Source of the DNA: Patescibacteria group bacterium
GTDB lineage: Bacteria; Patescibacteriota; Patescibacteriia; SG8-24; DYFX01
Reading direction: 5' to 3'
Length of the DNA stretch: 64,000 bases
Assembly: GCA_041659045.1 (NCBI GenBank)
Contig: JBAZZB010000002.1
Location: forward strand, 85,427-149,426
The notes below the pieces were generated by a model. That model was given only the letters and a program-made list of their open reading frames with translations. It made no database searches and had not been told where the DNA came from. Position numbers and translations under genes: made by a program. Positions 51,811 to 60,764 of the stretch are shown here, piece after piece (position 1 is the stretch's first letter; each line of letters begins with the position of its first letter).

Positions 51811-51914
51811 AGCGGTTGTTTACTTCCCGGGAAGTGTAGCGATCCCAAGGATTCTTGACAAGATAGCGTCATTTGGCTAGCGTCGAGTCACACAAAGCCC
51901 ACGAAGGAGGCAAA

Positions 51915-52307
51915 ATGGCCTGCTGCGAGAGATACATCAACATCAGCTACGACACCAGCGCGATACACGGGGGCAAGCACGGCTGCTATCGCGCCCGTTT
52001 CCGCCACGGACCGAGCGGATACGAATCTGGCAGCACGCCCGCTGAAGCGGTCGGTAACCTGGTGATCAGTCATCCGAGCCTGTTCGCTCACACGAAGCCC
52101 TGCAGCTTGGCCGATTGTTTCAGGATTCAGCCTGAGGACATCCAACCGTACACCGAGCCCATGCCCCTCGAAGTCGATGCTGCGTCTGCGAGCTTGCTAG
52201 GCAGGCTCGTGACCACCTTCCCCGACGTCTACGGCGTGATGATCGCTCTCATTGAGCCGGAACGCTTTCCCCAACAGACATTCGAGCCGACCCTCCGCGT
52301 CGCCTGA
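51915..52307 (+). CDS. Hypothetical protein with internal duplication
   Basis: SD AAGGAGG; MACCERY...; EAVGNLVISHPSLF resembles SLLGRLVTTFPDVY. Confidence 0.6.
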   Translation: MACCERYINISYDTSAIHGGKHGCYRARFRHGPSGYESGSTPAEAVGNLVISHPSLFAHTKPCSLADCFRIQPEDIQPYTEPMPLEVDAASASLLGRLVTTFPDVYGVMIALIEPERFPQQTFEPTLRVA

Positions 52308-52314
52308 CGACCCT

Positions 52315-53373
52315 CTACGCTGGGTCGTTTTTCTTTTGAAACATCGCGCCGGCAGGGAAAGCTATCACGCTACGAATATCTTCCTCACCCAAAAGAAGCA
52401 TGACGAGGCGATCCACGCCAAGTGCGATTCCTCCAGCTTCGGGCATCCCCTCCTCAAGGGCTGCAACGAAATCTTCGTCGATGCCATGATCAAAACGACC
52501 CAGCGTTTTTCTCAACATGCTCTCTTCTTCCAAACGAGCACGCTGCTCAACAGCATCCGTTAATTCCGTAAACGCGTTCGCCAACTCCAGTCCCCCGATA
52601 TACAGCTCGAATCGCTCCGCATATCGCGAGTCGCGAGATGAGGTTTTTGAAAGCGCCGCCATCGAAACCGGGTACTCGTACAAAAACGTCGGACGTTCGA
52701 GGCCGAGGTGTGGCTCGACCGCATTCAGAAAAACGCTAAAAAACGCGTCGTCCCACGAGACATCGGGTGCGAGGACGTGTCCAAGCTTTGCCGCCGCTTC
52801 AAGAAGCAGCCACTTGTCTTCGAGCGCCGCGTCGAGGTCGATGTTGGCGTACGTTTGCATTGCTTCGCGCACCGATAAGCGCTGCCACGCTTGATCGAGT
52901 TCAATCGCTCTTCCGCGCCAAACGATCCCTGTTTTTCCTATCGCGCTGCGCGCAACGTCTTTCACCAGCGCTTCCGCGTCATCCATGATGCCGGTGTAAT
53001 CGGTCTGCGAGCGATACCACTCGATCATCGTGAACTCTGGGTTGTGGCGGCCTTCAAACGCTTCGCCATTACGAAAACATTTGACGATCTGATAGATCTG
53101 CGTGAATCCAGCCACGAGCAGCTTCTTCATCGCGTACTCAGGCGAGGTGATCAACGCCGCGGGAAAAGCATTGCCGTACGGGTCGGTGACTTCCGTTCGA
53201 AATGGCTCAAGATGCGGTTCCATTCCAGGCTTCGCCACAACGATTGGCGTCTCGACTTCAAGATATCCGCTCGCGTCGAAGAAGGCACGGATTGCCGTGA
53301 TGATTCTTGCGCGCGCCTCAAGATTCTTTTTGAGGTACGGACTATTCTTCAGTTGTTTCCAGCGTGGTTCCAT
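52315..53373 (-). CDS. epmA: EF-P lysine aminoacylase (EpmA/GenX)
   Basis: LysRS-like catalytic domain without anticodon domain; EVETP, TSPEYAMKKLL, HNPEFTMIEWY, ERFELY...ELANAF; start MEPRW. Confidence 0.92.
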   Translation of the reverse strand: MEPRWKQLKNSPYLKKNLEARARIITAIRAFFDASGYLEVETPIVVAKPGMEPHLEPFRTEVTDPYGNAFPAALITSPEYAMKKLLVAGFTQIYQIVKCFRNGEAFEGRHNPEFTMIEWYRSQTDYTGIMDDAEALVKDVARSAIGKTGIVWRGRAIELDQAWQRLSVREAMQTYANIDLDAALEDKWLLLEAAAKLGHVLAPDVSWDDAFFSVFLNAVEPHLGLERPTFLYEYPVSMAALSKTSSRDSRYAERFELYIGGLELANAFTELTDAVEQRARLEEESMLRKTLGRFDHGIDEDFVAALEEGMPEAGGIALGVDRLVMLLLGEEDIRSVIAFPAGAMFQKKNDPA

Positions 53374-53375
53374 GC

Positions 53376-53459
53376 TTTTGTCATTCCGAGCGGAGCGAAG
53401 CGCAGTCGAGGAATCTATTCGATCAATGGATCCCTCGGCTTCGCTCGGGATGACAAAAA
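53376..53459. repeat. REP/RPE-like palindromic element
   Basis: GTCATTCCGAGCG...GAGGAATCT...GATCCCTC...CGCTCGGGATGAC inverted repeat. Confidence 0.7.
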
Positions 53460-53483
53460 GGGAGGCAACAGCCTCCCTTTTTG

Positions 53484-53717
53484 TTACTTGATCACGTATG
53501 GCATGAGCGCCAGGACGCGGGCAACTTTGATGGCGTTGGCCAGCTTGCGCTGGTGCCAGCCGCAAACGCCGGAGCGGCGGCGCGGAACGATTTTGGCGTA
53601 GGAGGAAGTGAAGCGGCGAAGCATCTGCGTGTCCTTGTAATCGATGACATCGATTTGGTTCACGCAGAAGAAGCAGTGCCGGTCATGTCCCAGTTGGGTT
53701 TTCTTCTGTGGAGGCAT
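53484..53717 (-). CDS. rpsR: 30S ribosomal protein S18 (Zn-binding form)
   Basis: CFFC...IDYKD...KIVPRRRSGVCGWHQRKL. Confidence 0.97.
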   Translation of the reverse strand: MPPQKKTQLGHDRHCFFCVNQIDVIDYKDTQMLRRFTSSYAKIVPRRRSGVCGWHQRKLANAIKVARVLALMPYVIK

Positions 53718-53720
53718 ATT

Positions 53721-54176
53721 TTAGAACGGAATGTCTTCGACTTTGATTTCCTCTTCGACGGGGGCGGCGGTAGCGGCAAATTCCGCGACCGGAGAAGCAT
53801 CGCGCTGAGCGGGAGCCCATGCGGCGCTGGCGTTTCCGGAACCTTGGGGCGCTTTGTCCAACATGATCATGTTGTCCGCAACGATCTCCGTTCGGCTCTT
53901 TTTGACGCCATCCGTACCCTGCCATTCGCGCGTTTGCAGACGGCCTTCAACGAAGACCTTGCGACCCTTACCGAGGTATTGCTTGCAGATGTCCGCGAGC
54001 TTGCCCCAGGCAACGATGTTGTGGAATTCGACGCGTTCCTGTTTCTGTCCGGAGGCGTCCTTCCAGGTGCTGGAGGTCGCAACGCCGAAGGTGGCCACGT
54101 TTTGGCCGTTCGGCGTGGTCCGGGTTTCCGGGTCACGCGTGAGATTGCCGATCAGCTGCGCACGATTGAGGTTCAT
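53721..54176 (-). CDS. ssb: Single-stranded DNA-binding protein
   Basis: LIGNLTRDPE, VEGRLQTREW, C-terminal EDIPF. Confidence 0.98.
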   Translation of the reverse strand: MNLNRAQLIGNLTRDPETRTTPNGQNVATFGVATSSTWKDASGQKQERVEFHNIVAWGKLADICKQYLGKGRKVFVEGRLQTREWQGTDGVKKSRTEIVADNMIMLDKAPQGSGNASAAWAPAQRDASPVAEFAATAAPVEEEIKVEDIPF

Positions 54177-54182
54177 AGTCGT

Positions 54183-54665
54183 TTAGACGATTTTACCTTC
54201 GAGAATCTTGTCGATGTTCTTCTCGACTTCGTCCATATCGACTTCGACCTTCTTTTCAGCGGCCTTCGGAGCGGCAGCGGCCTGGCGAGCGCGAGTTTCG
54301 CGGTCGGCCGATTCGCTGCGGCGCGGAGCCTCGCGGTCGATCTCTTCCATGGCGTTGAGCTTGAAGACCGGTTTGGCCTTCGGATCCTTGATCATCAAGC
54401 TGTGGCGAAGCACGTCGGTGTGCAAGCGCAGGAGCTCGTTGAGAGCGGAGACCTTCGAGGTCTCGAGGTCCATGTCGACCAGGATGTAGTAGCCGTAACG
54501 CACGTGGTTGACCGGGTAGGTCAACTTGATCTTACCGACCATCTCATTGCGGGAGATGGTGACGCCCAGACCGGTCAACGCCTTTGTAATGGCGTCGATC
54601 ACCGGCTGGAGCTCCGTCTCGGCGTAGGTCGCCGGGATGATGTAGAGGAGTTCGTAGCGGGACAT
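54183..54665 (-). CDS. rpsF: 30S ribosomal protein S6
   Basis: YELLYII, GKIKLTYPV, VLRH; rpsF-ssb-rpsR order. Confidence 0.95.
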   Translation of the reverse strand: MSRYELLYIIPATYAETELQPVIDAITKALTGLGVTISRNEMVGKIKLTYPVNHVRYGYYILVDMDLETSKVSALNELLRLHTDVLRHSLMIKDPKAKPVFKLNAMEEIDREAPRRSESADRETRARQAAAAPKAAEKKVEVDMDEVEKNIDKILEGKIV

Positions 54666-54816
54666 AGATTAATAGAATTTCCCGGAACATGGGCTGGTTC
54701 CGATGGAAAGGCTTGTATTATCGGGGCTTTCGCCCTGTTGTAAGCACCGGGACAATATCACAGGGTCAAAAAACGCGCAAGACCCCGCCTATGAAAAAAC
54801 GACCGGGATACGGTCG

Positions 54817-55710
54817 TTAGAGGGTGTAGAGGCCCGTTTCGTTGAAGCCGAGGACGGGCGTCCAGGTATAGACATGAGCCAACGACGTCGCTTCGCTGTC
54901 AGCGATGGCGGTTGCCGTCGCGAGAAGTAGCTCGTCGTCGGTGTACATCACGTGTGGCTCGCCTTTCTCGTTCTTGAAGCGTTGCGCCACGAGTTCCAGG
55001 CGGTAGCGCGCTTGGCGAGCCATCTCCACGAGGAAGTTCGGCGGGCGCGAGACGACGTCGATGAGAAGCTCGTCGATGCGACGCACGCGGTACGCCTTCT
55101 TCACCTGCGTCATGTGCTGCGCGAAGGCTTGCTCGTTTGGATCTCTCTGCTTTCGCTTGCGCTTCTCGCCGGGCGGCTTTGGCGACGTACGCTTGCCGGT
55201 GCCGTGCGCGTGAACGAGTCCGAACTCCTCCATCTTCGCTTGGTACACGGAGCTGAGCGTCTTGGAACGCCGCTCGATCGCGATCGTGACCGCGCCGTCG
55301 ACTCCGACCAAACGCGCCACGCGGTACTCCTGGTTCGCCTCGAGCGGGTGATGGCACCTGGCATCGGGGCAAATCGCGGGGCCGCCGTAGAGCTGGCAGA
55401 TCTCGTTGGTCGCGATCCGCATGCAGTTCACACCGGTGACCGAGCGTCCGTAGAACGGCATCGGCGGCCGGGCCGCGTCGTACTCCTCTCTCCACGCCAC
55501 GAACTCGTTCATGTGGGCGGGCATCGGCCACTGCGGGCGCTGACCGCGCACGAAGACGGTACGGACGGCCGCCATGCGGTCGCCGAGCGTCTCCCACAAG
55601 CCTTCGCCCCAACCAAGCAAAAGACGCAGGTTGGGAAAGAAGGCCCAGGCAGGCCATTGCGGGTTGAAACGAAACGAATCAGGTTGAATGATCAAATCGA
55701 GATCGGCCAT
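54817..55710 (-). CDS. Hypothetical protein
   Basis: 297 aa; SD GGAGG; upstream TTGACA at ~55767-55772; basic stretch KRKRK. Confidence 0.65.
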   Translation of the reverse strand: MADLDLIIQPDSFRFNPQWPAWAFFPNLRLLLGWGEGLWETLGDRMAAVRTVFVRGQRPQWPMPAHMNEFVAWREEYDAARPPMPFYGRSVTGVNCMRIATNEICQLYGGPAICPDARCHHPLEANQEYRVARLVGVDGAVTIAIERRSKTLSSVYQAKMEEFGLVHAHGTGKRTSPKPPGEKRKRKQRDPNEQAFAQHMTQVKKAYRVRRIDELLIDVVSRPPNFLVEMARQARYRLELVAQRFKNEKGEPHVMYTDDELLLATATAIADSEATSLAHVYTWTPVLGFNETGLYTL

Positions 55711-55852
55711 GTTCCCTCCATGAATGGCAGCTTCGATCGAGGCATATTCGCAGAAAATGCACTCTTTGTCAACCTCGTCTGACCCATTGCTCGAAAGCGC
55801 GTGGTCTGCCCGATTGACGTAAGAGCTGTTATCATCTATAGTAAGACGTCAT

Positions 55853-57076
55853 ATGAAGTACGCATTCGTCCTCGGACGCGAACCAGGTCTCTCGACCGCC
55901 GAACTCATCGCCACGCTTAAAGCGGCCGATGTCGGTTTTGATCCGAAAAACGCGGTGTATTCTGCCTCCATCATGGTCGTGGAAACGGAAAAGCCTTTAA
56001 CCGCTGCGTTTTTTCACTTGCTCGGCGGTTCGATCAAGATGGCAGAAGTGCTTGGCGTCAGCGAGAAGAACCTCGAGGACGATCTTTTCAACGTGCTCTC
56101 CGGCATGGGCAGTAAGACCTCGCTGGATTTCGGTATCAGTCTCTACTCGACCGAAGCCGTGCTCAGCAAAAACTATCGCTCGCTTGAGTTCGGACTCAAA
56201 GCGATTTCTCTCACTCTGAAAAAACGTTTGAAAGAAGACGGGCGCTCAATCCGCGTCGTCTTGAACGATGAACCGGCGCTCAGCTCCGTTCAGGTCGACA
56301 AGAACCGCCTGATCGAAAAGGGCGGCGAAATCATGCTGTTGATCGGTCAGGGCGCGGCACGTATCGCGCGCACGATTGCCGTCCAGGCATTTGAAGATTT
56401 TTCTGAACGCGATTTCGGACGCCCCGCTGCCGACGCCAAGAGCGGCATGCTTCCTCCGAAGCTCGCTCGTATGATGGTGAACATCGCCAGCGCTTCGAAA
56501 GACGAAACGCTGCACGACGCCTTTTGCGGTTCTGGCACGATCCTGACCGAAGCGGCCACGCTCGGTTTCAAGAAGCTCAGCGGCTCCGATATCAGCGAGC
56601 GTGCGGTTGCCGACACCGTCAAAAACCTTGAGTGGATCCTGACGCAGCGCAAACTCCGCGTGGAAACCAAAGTGTTTCATTCCGACGTGAAGCATCTTTC
56701 TGAAAAGCTGCCGAAGGCTTCGGTGGGCGCCATCGTTTCGGAACCCTACCTCGGTCCGCCGCTTCGTGGCGGGGAATCCGACCAGAAGATCCATTTCGAA
56801 TATCTTGAATTGATGGGTTTGTATCGCCGCGCCTTTGACGCGTTTTCAAAAGTGTTGAAGCCGGGTGCCAAGGTTGTCTTTGTCTTCCCTGTTTTCGGAA
56901 GCAAACACGTGAACATCCTGCGAGAACTCGAAGATTACGGTTTCCGTGCCGAGGGTCTTCTGCCCGCAGCCGCCGTCATGGCCTTGAACCTCAAGAGCTC
57001 AACCGGCCTGCTCTATAAGCGCCCCGACCAGAAAGTCGGCCGCGATATTTTCCGCTTCCGCTTCAACCCCTCCTAA
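55853..57076 (+). CDS. Trm11/UPF0020-like SAM-dependent RNA methyltransferase
   Basis: SGMLPPKLARMMVN, DAFCGSGT, GSDI, SEPYLG. Confidence 0.85.
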   Translation: MKYAFVLGREPGLSTAELIATLKAADVGFDPKNAVYSASIMVVETEKPLTAAFFHLLGGSIKMAEVLGVSEKNLEDDLFNVLSGMGSKTSLDFGISLYSTEAVLSKNYRSLEFGLKAISLTLKKRLKEDGRSIRVVLNDEPALSSVQVDKNRLIEKGGEIMLLIGQGAARIARTIAVQAFEDFSERDFGRPAADAKSGMLPPKLARMMVNIASASKDETLHDAFCGSGTILTEAATLGFKKLSGSDISERAVADTVKNLEWILTQRKLRVETKVFHSDVKHLSEKLPKASVGAIVSEPYLGPPLRGGESDQKIHFEYLELMGLYRRAFDAFSKVLKPGAKVVFVFPVFGSKHVNILRELEDYGFRAEGLLPAAAVMALNLKSSTGLLYKRPDQKVGRDIFRFRFNPS

Positions 57077-57216
57077 ACGAAGAAAAGGCTTGACAAAAAG
57101 CCTTTTTTCGTATACTGTCACACGTCGTCGGCCTCTGGCCGGCGCATCGTTCCCTTTACGTCCACCACTTGATTCACCGGGAAAACCCGGTGAGTCCACT
57201 CCAGCAAGGAGACGTC

Positions 57217-57951
57217 ATGAGCCAAGAACCGTACAGCGAGTTGGACCGTACTCTCGTCAGCCTTCCCGACGTATCGAGCAACGAGAAGACGGAGAAGCTG
57301 AACCTCAAGCCGGAGGACACGCTCATCAAGCCCGGCGACCGGGTCGGCGCGATCTACCAGCTCCTGCGTGGCAGGATCGACATGGTGCGACACCTCGGTA
57401 CACCGAAGGAGGAGCGCACGAGCTACGAGCGTGCCGATGAGAAGGACTGGGCGCCGATTCTCGGCGGCCGCTACTTCTTCAACGGTGCTCGCCCGAGTTC
57501 GATGTACTACCTGGCGATGACTCCGTGCACCGTCATCAAGATCGGCCCGGCACACATCGAGCGCATGTACTACGACGGCAACGTCGTGAATCTCATCCGC
57601 GACATCATCCGATGCTCCGACTTCGACACCGAAGAGATCCGAACGGAGCTCGCCACGAACCACGCGCAGTACGGCTACTCCGGCTTCAACATCGACAACT
57701 TGAGTGGCCTGTTGCGGTACGGCGCGAACGAGATGGTGTACACGGCTGGCGCGGAAGACACCCGCGGCGGCTCCGTCCCGATCAGCAAGCTGACCGAGGA
57801 GCAGCGAGCGGAGATCAGCGACCGGATCCAGGTCGTCAACGACGAGTACATCAGGTTCTCCCGCGACATGCTCTTCCAGCTCCTTGGTGACCAGACCGAG
57901 TCCAACGCGGAACGCACGAGCATCAAGCTCATGCACCAGCCGCGCTTGTGA
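57217..57951 (+). CDS. Cyclic-nucleotide-binding-fold protein with unknown C-terminus
   Basis: LKPEDTLIKPGD...IYQLLRGRI...ILGGRYFFNGARPSS...AMTPCTVIKI; SD AAGGAG; TTGACA at 57090. Confidence 0.7.
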   Translation: MSQEPYSELDRTLVSLPDVSSNEKTEKLNLKPEDTLIKPGDRVGAIYQLLRGRIDMVRHLGTPKEERTSYERADEKDWAPILGGRYFFNGARPSSMYYLAMTPCTVIKIGPAHIERMYYDGNVVNLIRDIIRCSDFDTEEIRTELATNHAQYGYSGFNIDNLSGLLRYGANEMVYTAGAEDTRGGSVPISKLTEEQRAEISDRIQVVNDEYIRFSRDMLFQLLGDQTESNAERTSIKLMHQPRL

Positions 57952-57996
57952 CAAACCCGGCCGTTCCGTCTCGGAACGACCGGGCTTTTTTATTTG

Positions 57997-58083
57997 AGAC
58001 CCCTCCGCCCTGTGGGCACCTCCCCTTTCAGGGGAGGGTTCTGGTTCCCCCTCTCTGAAAGAGAGGGGGCTAGGGGGTGAGTC
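57997..58083. repeat. REP-like CCCCTCTC...GAGAGGGG hairpin pair
   Basis: CCTCCCCT-TTC-AGGGGAGG and CCCCCTCTC-TGAAA-GAGAGGGGG hairpins between convergent genes. Confidence 0.6.
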
Positions 58084-59157
58084 TTACTGCCCGATCCGGA
58101 AATGCACGACGTCGCCATCTTGCATGACGTAGTCTTTGCCTTCGGTGCGGAGTTTTCCCTTATCGCGTGCACCCGCTTCGCCAAGTTCGACGAAGTCTTT
58201 CCAGTTGATGATTTCGGCGCGGATGAAATTCTTTTCGAAATCGGTGTGGATGACACCGGCCGCTTGTGGTGCCTTCGTTCCTTTGGCAATCGTCCAAGCG
58301 CGCGTTTCAATTTCACCGGAGGTGAGGAACGTTTGGAGACCGAGCAGGTTGAACGCGGCTTTGATCAAGCGATCGAGGCCGGATTCGGTCATGCTATAGG
58401 TTGCCATGAATTCTTTGGCTTCTTCCGGTGCGAGTGTGGCAATTTCCGATTCGATTTTCACCGAAATAGGCAGCTGCTCGTCAGCTTTCAAGAAGTCGAG
58501 TTTGAAGCCCGACGCGAGTTGGTTTTCGTCGACGTTCAAGACGTAGAGCATCGGCTTCATCGTCATGAGCTGTGTTTCCTTCATCGCCAGCGCTTCGTCG
58601 TCGGTGAACTCCGTCTCTTTGGCGAGCTTGCCGGCAGAGAGCGTTGCAAACGTTTTCTCGAGAGCCGCAAGGAGAATCTCGCCGTCGCGGTCTTTGCCGC
58701 CCTTCTGCGCGCGCTTTGCCGTTTCAATACGCTTCTCGACCGTCGAGAGATCGGCGTAGATCAATTCGAGGTTGATGATTTCGATATCGCTCTTCGGATC
58801 GACCTTATCGTGCACGTGCACAACGTCCTTGTTTTCGAAACAGCGCGCCACGTGGGCGATCGCATCAACTTCGCGGATGTTCGTCAGGAACTTGTTTCCT
58901 AAGCCTTCACCCTTCGAGGCACCCTTTACGAGACCGGCAATGTCGACGAATTCGATGATGGCCGGGATGATTTTGGCGGCGCCAGAAACTTTGGCGAGCG
59001 CCTCAAGGCGTTCGTCGGGTACGGCAACGACGCCCACGTTCGGCTCGATGGTGCAGAACGGGTAGTTGGCGCAGTCGACCTGCTTTTTAGTGATGGCGGA
59101 GAACAGCGTGGACTTACCGACGTTTGGCAGTCCGACGATGCCGATTTTTAGCGACAT
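58084..59157 (-). CDS. ychF: Ribosome-binding ATPase YchF
   Basis: GIVGLPNVGKST, NYPFCTIEPN, DIAGLV, EGKDYVMQDGD. Confidence 0.98.
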   Translation of the reverse strand: MSLKIGIVGLPNVGKSTLFSAITKKQVDCANYPFCTIEPNVGVVAVPDERLEALAKVSGAAKIIPAIIEFVDIAGLVKGASKGEGLGNKFLTNIREVDAIAHVARCFENKDVVHVHDKVDPKSDIEIINLELIYADLSTVEKRIETAKRAQKGGKDRDGEILLAALEKTFATLSAGKLAKETEFTDDEALAMKETQLMTMKPMLYVLNVDENQLASGFKLDFLKADEQLPISVKIESEIATLAPEEAKEFMATYSMTESGLDRLIKAAFNLLGLQTFLTSGEIETRAWTIAKGTKAPQAAGVIHTDFEKNFIRAEIINWKDFVELGEAGARDKGKLRTEGKDYVMQDGDVVHFRIGQ

Positions 59158-60001
59158 GCTGGATGAAGAGTTTAGCGACGTTCACGCCGGTCACCTTTTC
59201 AAATTCGGCGAAGGCGGGCGTGCGATTAACCTCAAGAAGATACGGCTTTTTGCCGACAATAGCAAGGTCGACCCCCGAGAGGCCGTAGCCAAGAGTCTTT
59301 ACAGCCTTCTCGGCAATACGGTTCCAGGCGGCGGGTACAGTCGCCTTCTCACCCGAGGCGCCAACAGCAACGTTGTGGCGGAAGTCCCCTTCCGGAGAAT
59401 ATTTTCGCATGGCACCAACCGCTTTGCCGCCGATCACGATAATACGATACTCGGCTTCAATTTCGAGGTATTCCTGGAAGGTAAAGAACCCGACGAGAGC
59501 GTCTGAAAGATACTTTTTTGTTTCCTTGGCGTTATCAAGCAAGTACACATACTTGCCGCGACTGCCGTGAATCCCTTTCGCAACGATTGGCCAAGAGAAA
59601 CCCTTGAGATATTTGCCGGCGCGATCCAGTTTCAACGTCTGGATACTCTTCGGAATCGGCAGCCCGGCGTCGAGCAGCTTCCAGTAGTCATAGATCTTAC
59701 TGCGCACGAAACTTCCATCGGCCATCGACGGCTCAAAGACGTAGATCCCTTTTGTCTTAGACCAGGCTGCTAAAAGGAGCGCTTCAGGAATGAGAGAGGG
59801 TGGGAAATGGCGGAAGTAGACCGCATCAAATTGCTTTTCAAAAGACTTACCGCTCATGAGCACCTTCGTGCTCTCGCCACGCAAATCAAAATCGATCTCG
59901 CGAAAACGGCGAATCGTAACCTTATGACCGAGCTTGCGTCCCTCGAGGCGCATGCGACGGTTTTCGTAAACATGAGGGCTGGCGATGACGAGGAGTTTCA
60001 T
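59114..60001 (-). CDS. RimK-family ATP-grasp ligase
   Basis: GLPIPKS, PIVAKGIHGSRGKYV, FQEY, DFRHN, GVDL...LEVNRTP; start MKLLVI. Confidence 0.85.
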   Translation of the reverse strand: MKLLVIASPHVYENRRMRLEGRKLGHKVTIRRFREIDFDLRGESTKVLMSGKSFEKQFDAVYFRHFPPSLIPEALLLAAWSKTKGIYVFEPSMADGSFVRSKIYDYWKLLDAGLPIPKSIQTLKLDRAGKYLKGFSWPIVAKGIHGSRGKYVYLLDNAKETKKYLSDALVGFFTFQEYLEIEAEYRIIVIGGKAVGAMRKYSPEGDFRHNVAVGASGEKATVPAAWNRIAEKAVKTLGYGLSGVDLAIVGKKPYLLEVNRTPAFAEFEKVTGVNVAKLFIQHVAKNRHRRTAKRR

Positions 60002-60041
60002 GCAACGCAGGCTAACAAAAAAGCCCCAGAGCGTAAAGCGT

Positions 60042-60482
60042 CTAGGGCGTGTCGTTCCGATGCGGTTCAGAGATCTGGAAGAGCGCCTGCTTTCGGCGCC
60101 TCGATTTCGTCGTGCAGCCGACCATAACCGGCTTGATCCAGCCGCCACGGTTGATGCCGATCTGGATCAGTCCATCGAGTTTGCGTCGATGATCGCAGGC
60201 GCCGCGTTCCTCGTCCGGACAACCTTCGCACAGGTCTCGCACCTTGGTTTGGAACAGTTCGGGACCAAGGTGCCCGCGCTTGCTTGAGAACGAACCGCCA
60301 AACGGTACGTGGCTGCTGCACTCGGCAACGATGGCGGTCTTGATCACGGAGCGAGGGTCGCCTGCCTTGATCAGACGCAGTGCGTAGAGCTCAGTACAGC
60401 TTCCACTAACCGAACACGTGTCGCACAGAGAGCTGACGCCCGCGGCGAGCAGCTTCGGTACCTGACAAATCTCACGAGGCAT
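60042..60482 (-). CDS. Cys-rich hypothetical protein with two internal repeats
   Basis: LCDTCSVSGSC...IKTAIVAEC and LCEGCPDEERGAC...IKPVMVGC; SD AAGGAG. Confidence 0.65.
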   Translation of the reverse strand: MPREICQVPKLLAAGVSSLCDTCSVSGSCTELYALRLIKAGDPRSVIKTAIVAECSSHVPFGGSFSSKRGHLGPELFQTKVRDLCEGCPDEERGACDHRRKLDGLIQIGINRGGWIKPVMVGCTTKSRRRKQALFQISEPHRNDTP

Positions 60483-60590
60483 GACGTTTCTCCTTTGTCT
60501 GTATGCCTACAATGTAAAGAAATAGCCATGCTGTCAAGGGTTCAACCGTTCACGATAATAAAAACACCCCGCCTTGCAGCGAGGTATTTT

Positions 60591-60666
60591 TGGTGGACCG
60601 TAAGAGATTCGAACTCTTGACCTCTTCCATGCCATGGAAGCGCTCTACCAACTGAGCTAACGGCCC
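60591..60666 (-). tRNA. tRNA-Ala(GGC)
   Basis: Reverse strand GGGCCGT...CTTCC-ATGGCAT-GGAAG...TTCGAAT...ACGGTCC-ACCA; G3:U70 pair. Confidence 0.96.
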
Positions 60667-60764
60667 GTAACAGGTCAAAATGTAACAGTTCCCGTGAAAT
60701 CTATCAAGACCCCTGCGTTGACGCCGTATTTTGAGCGGCTTAGAGTGCCAGCAGGAGGAAATAT

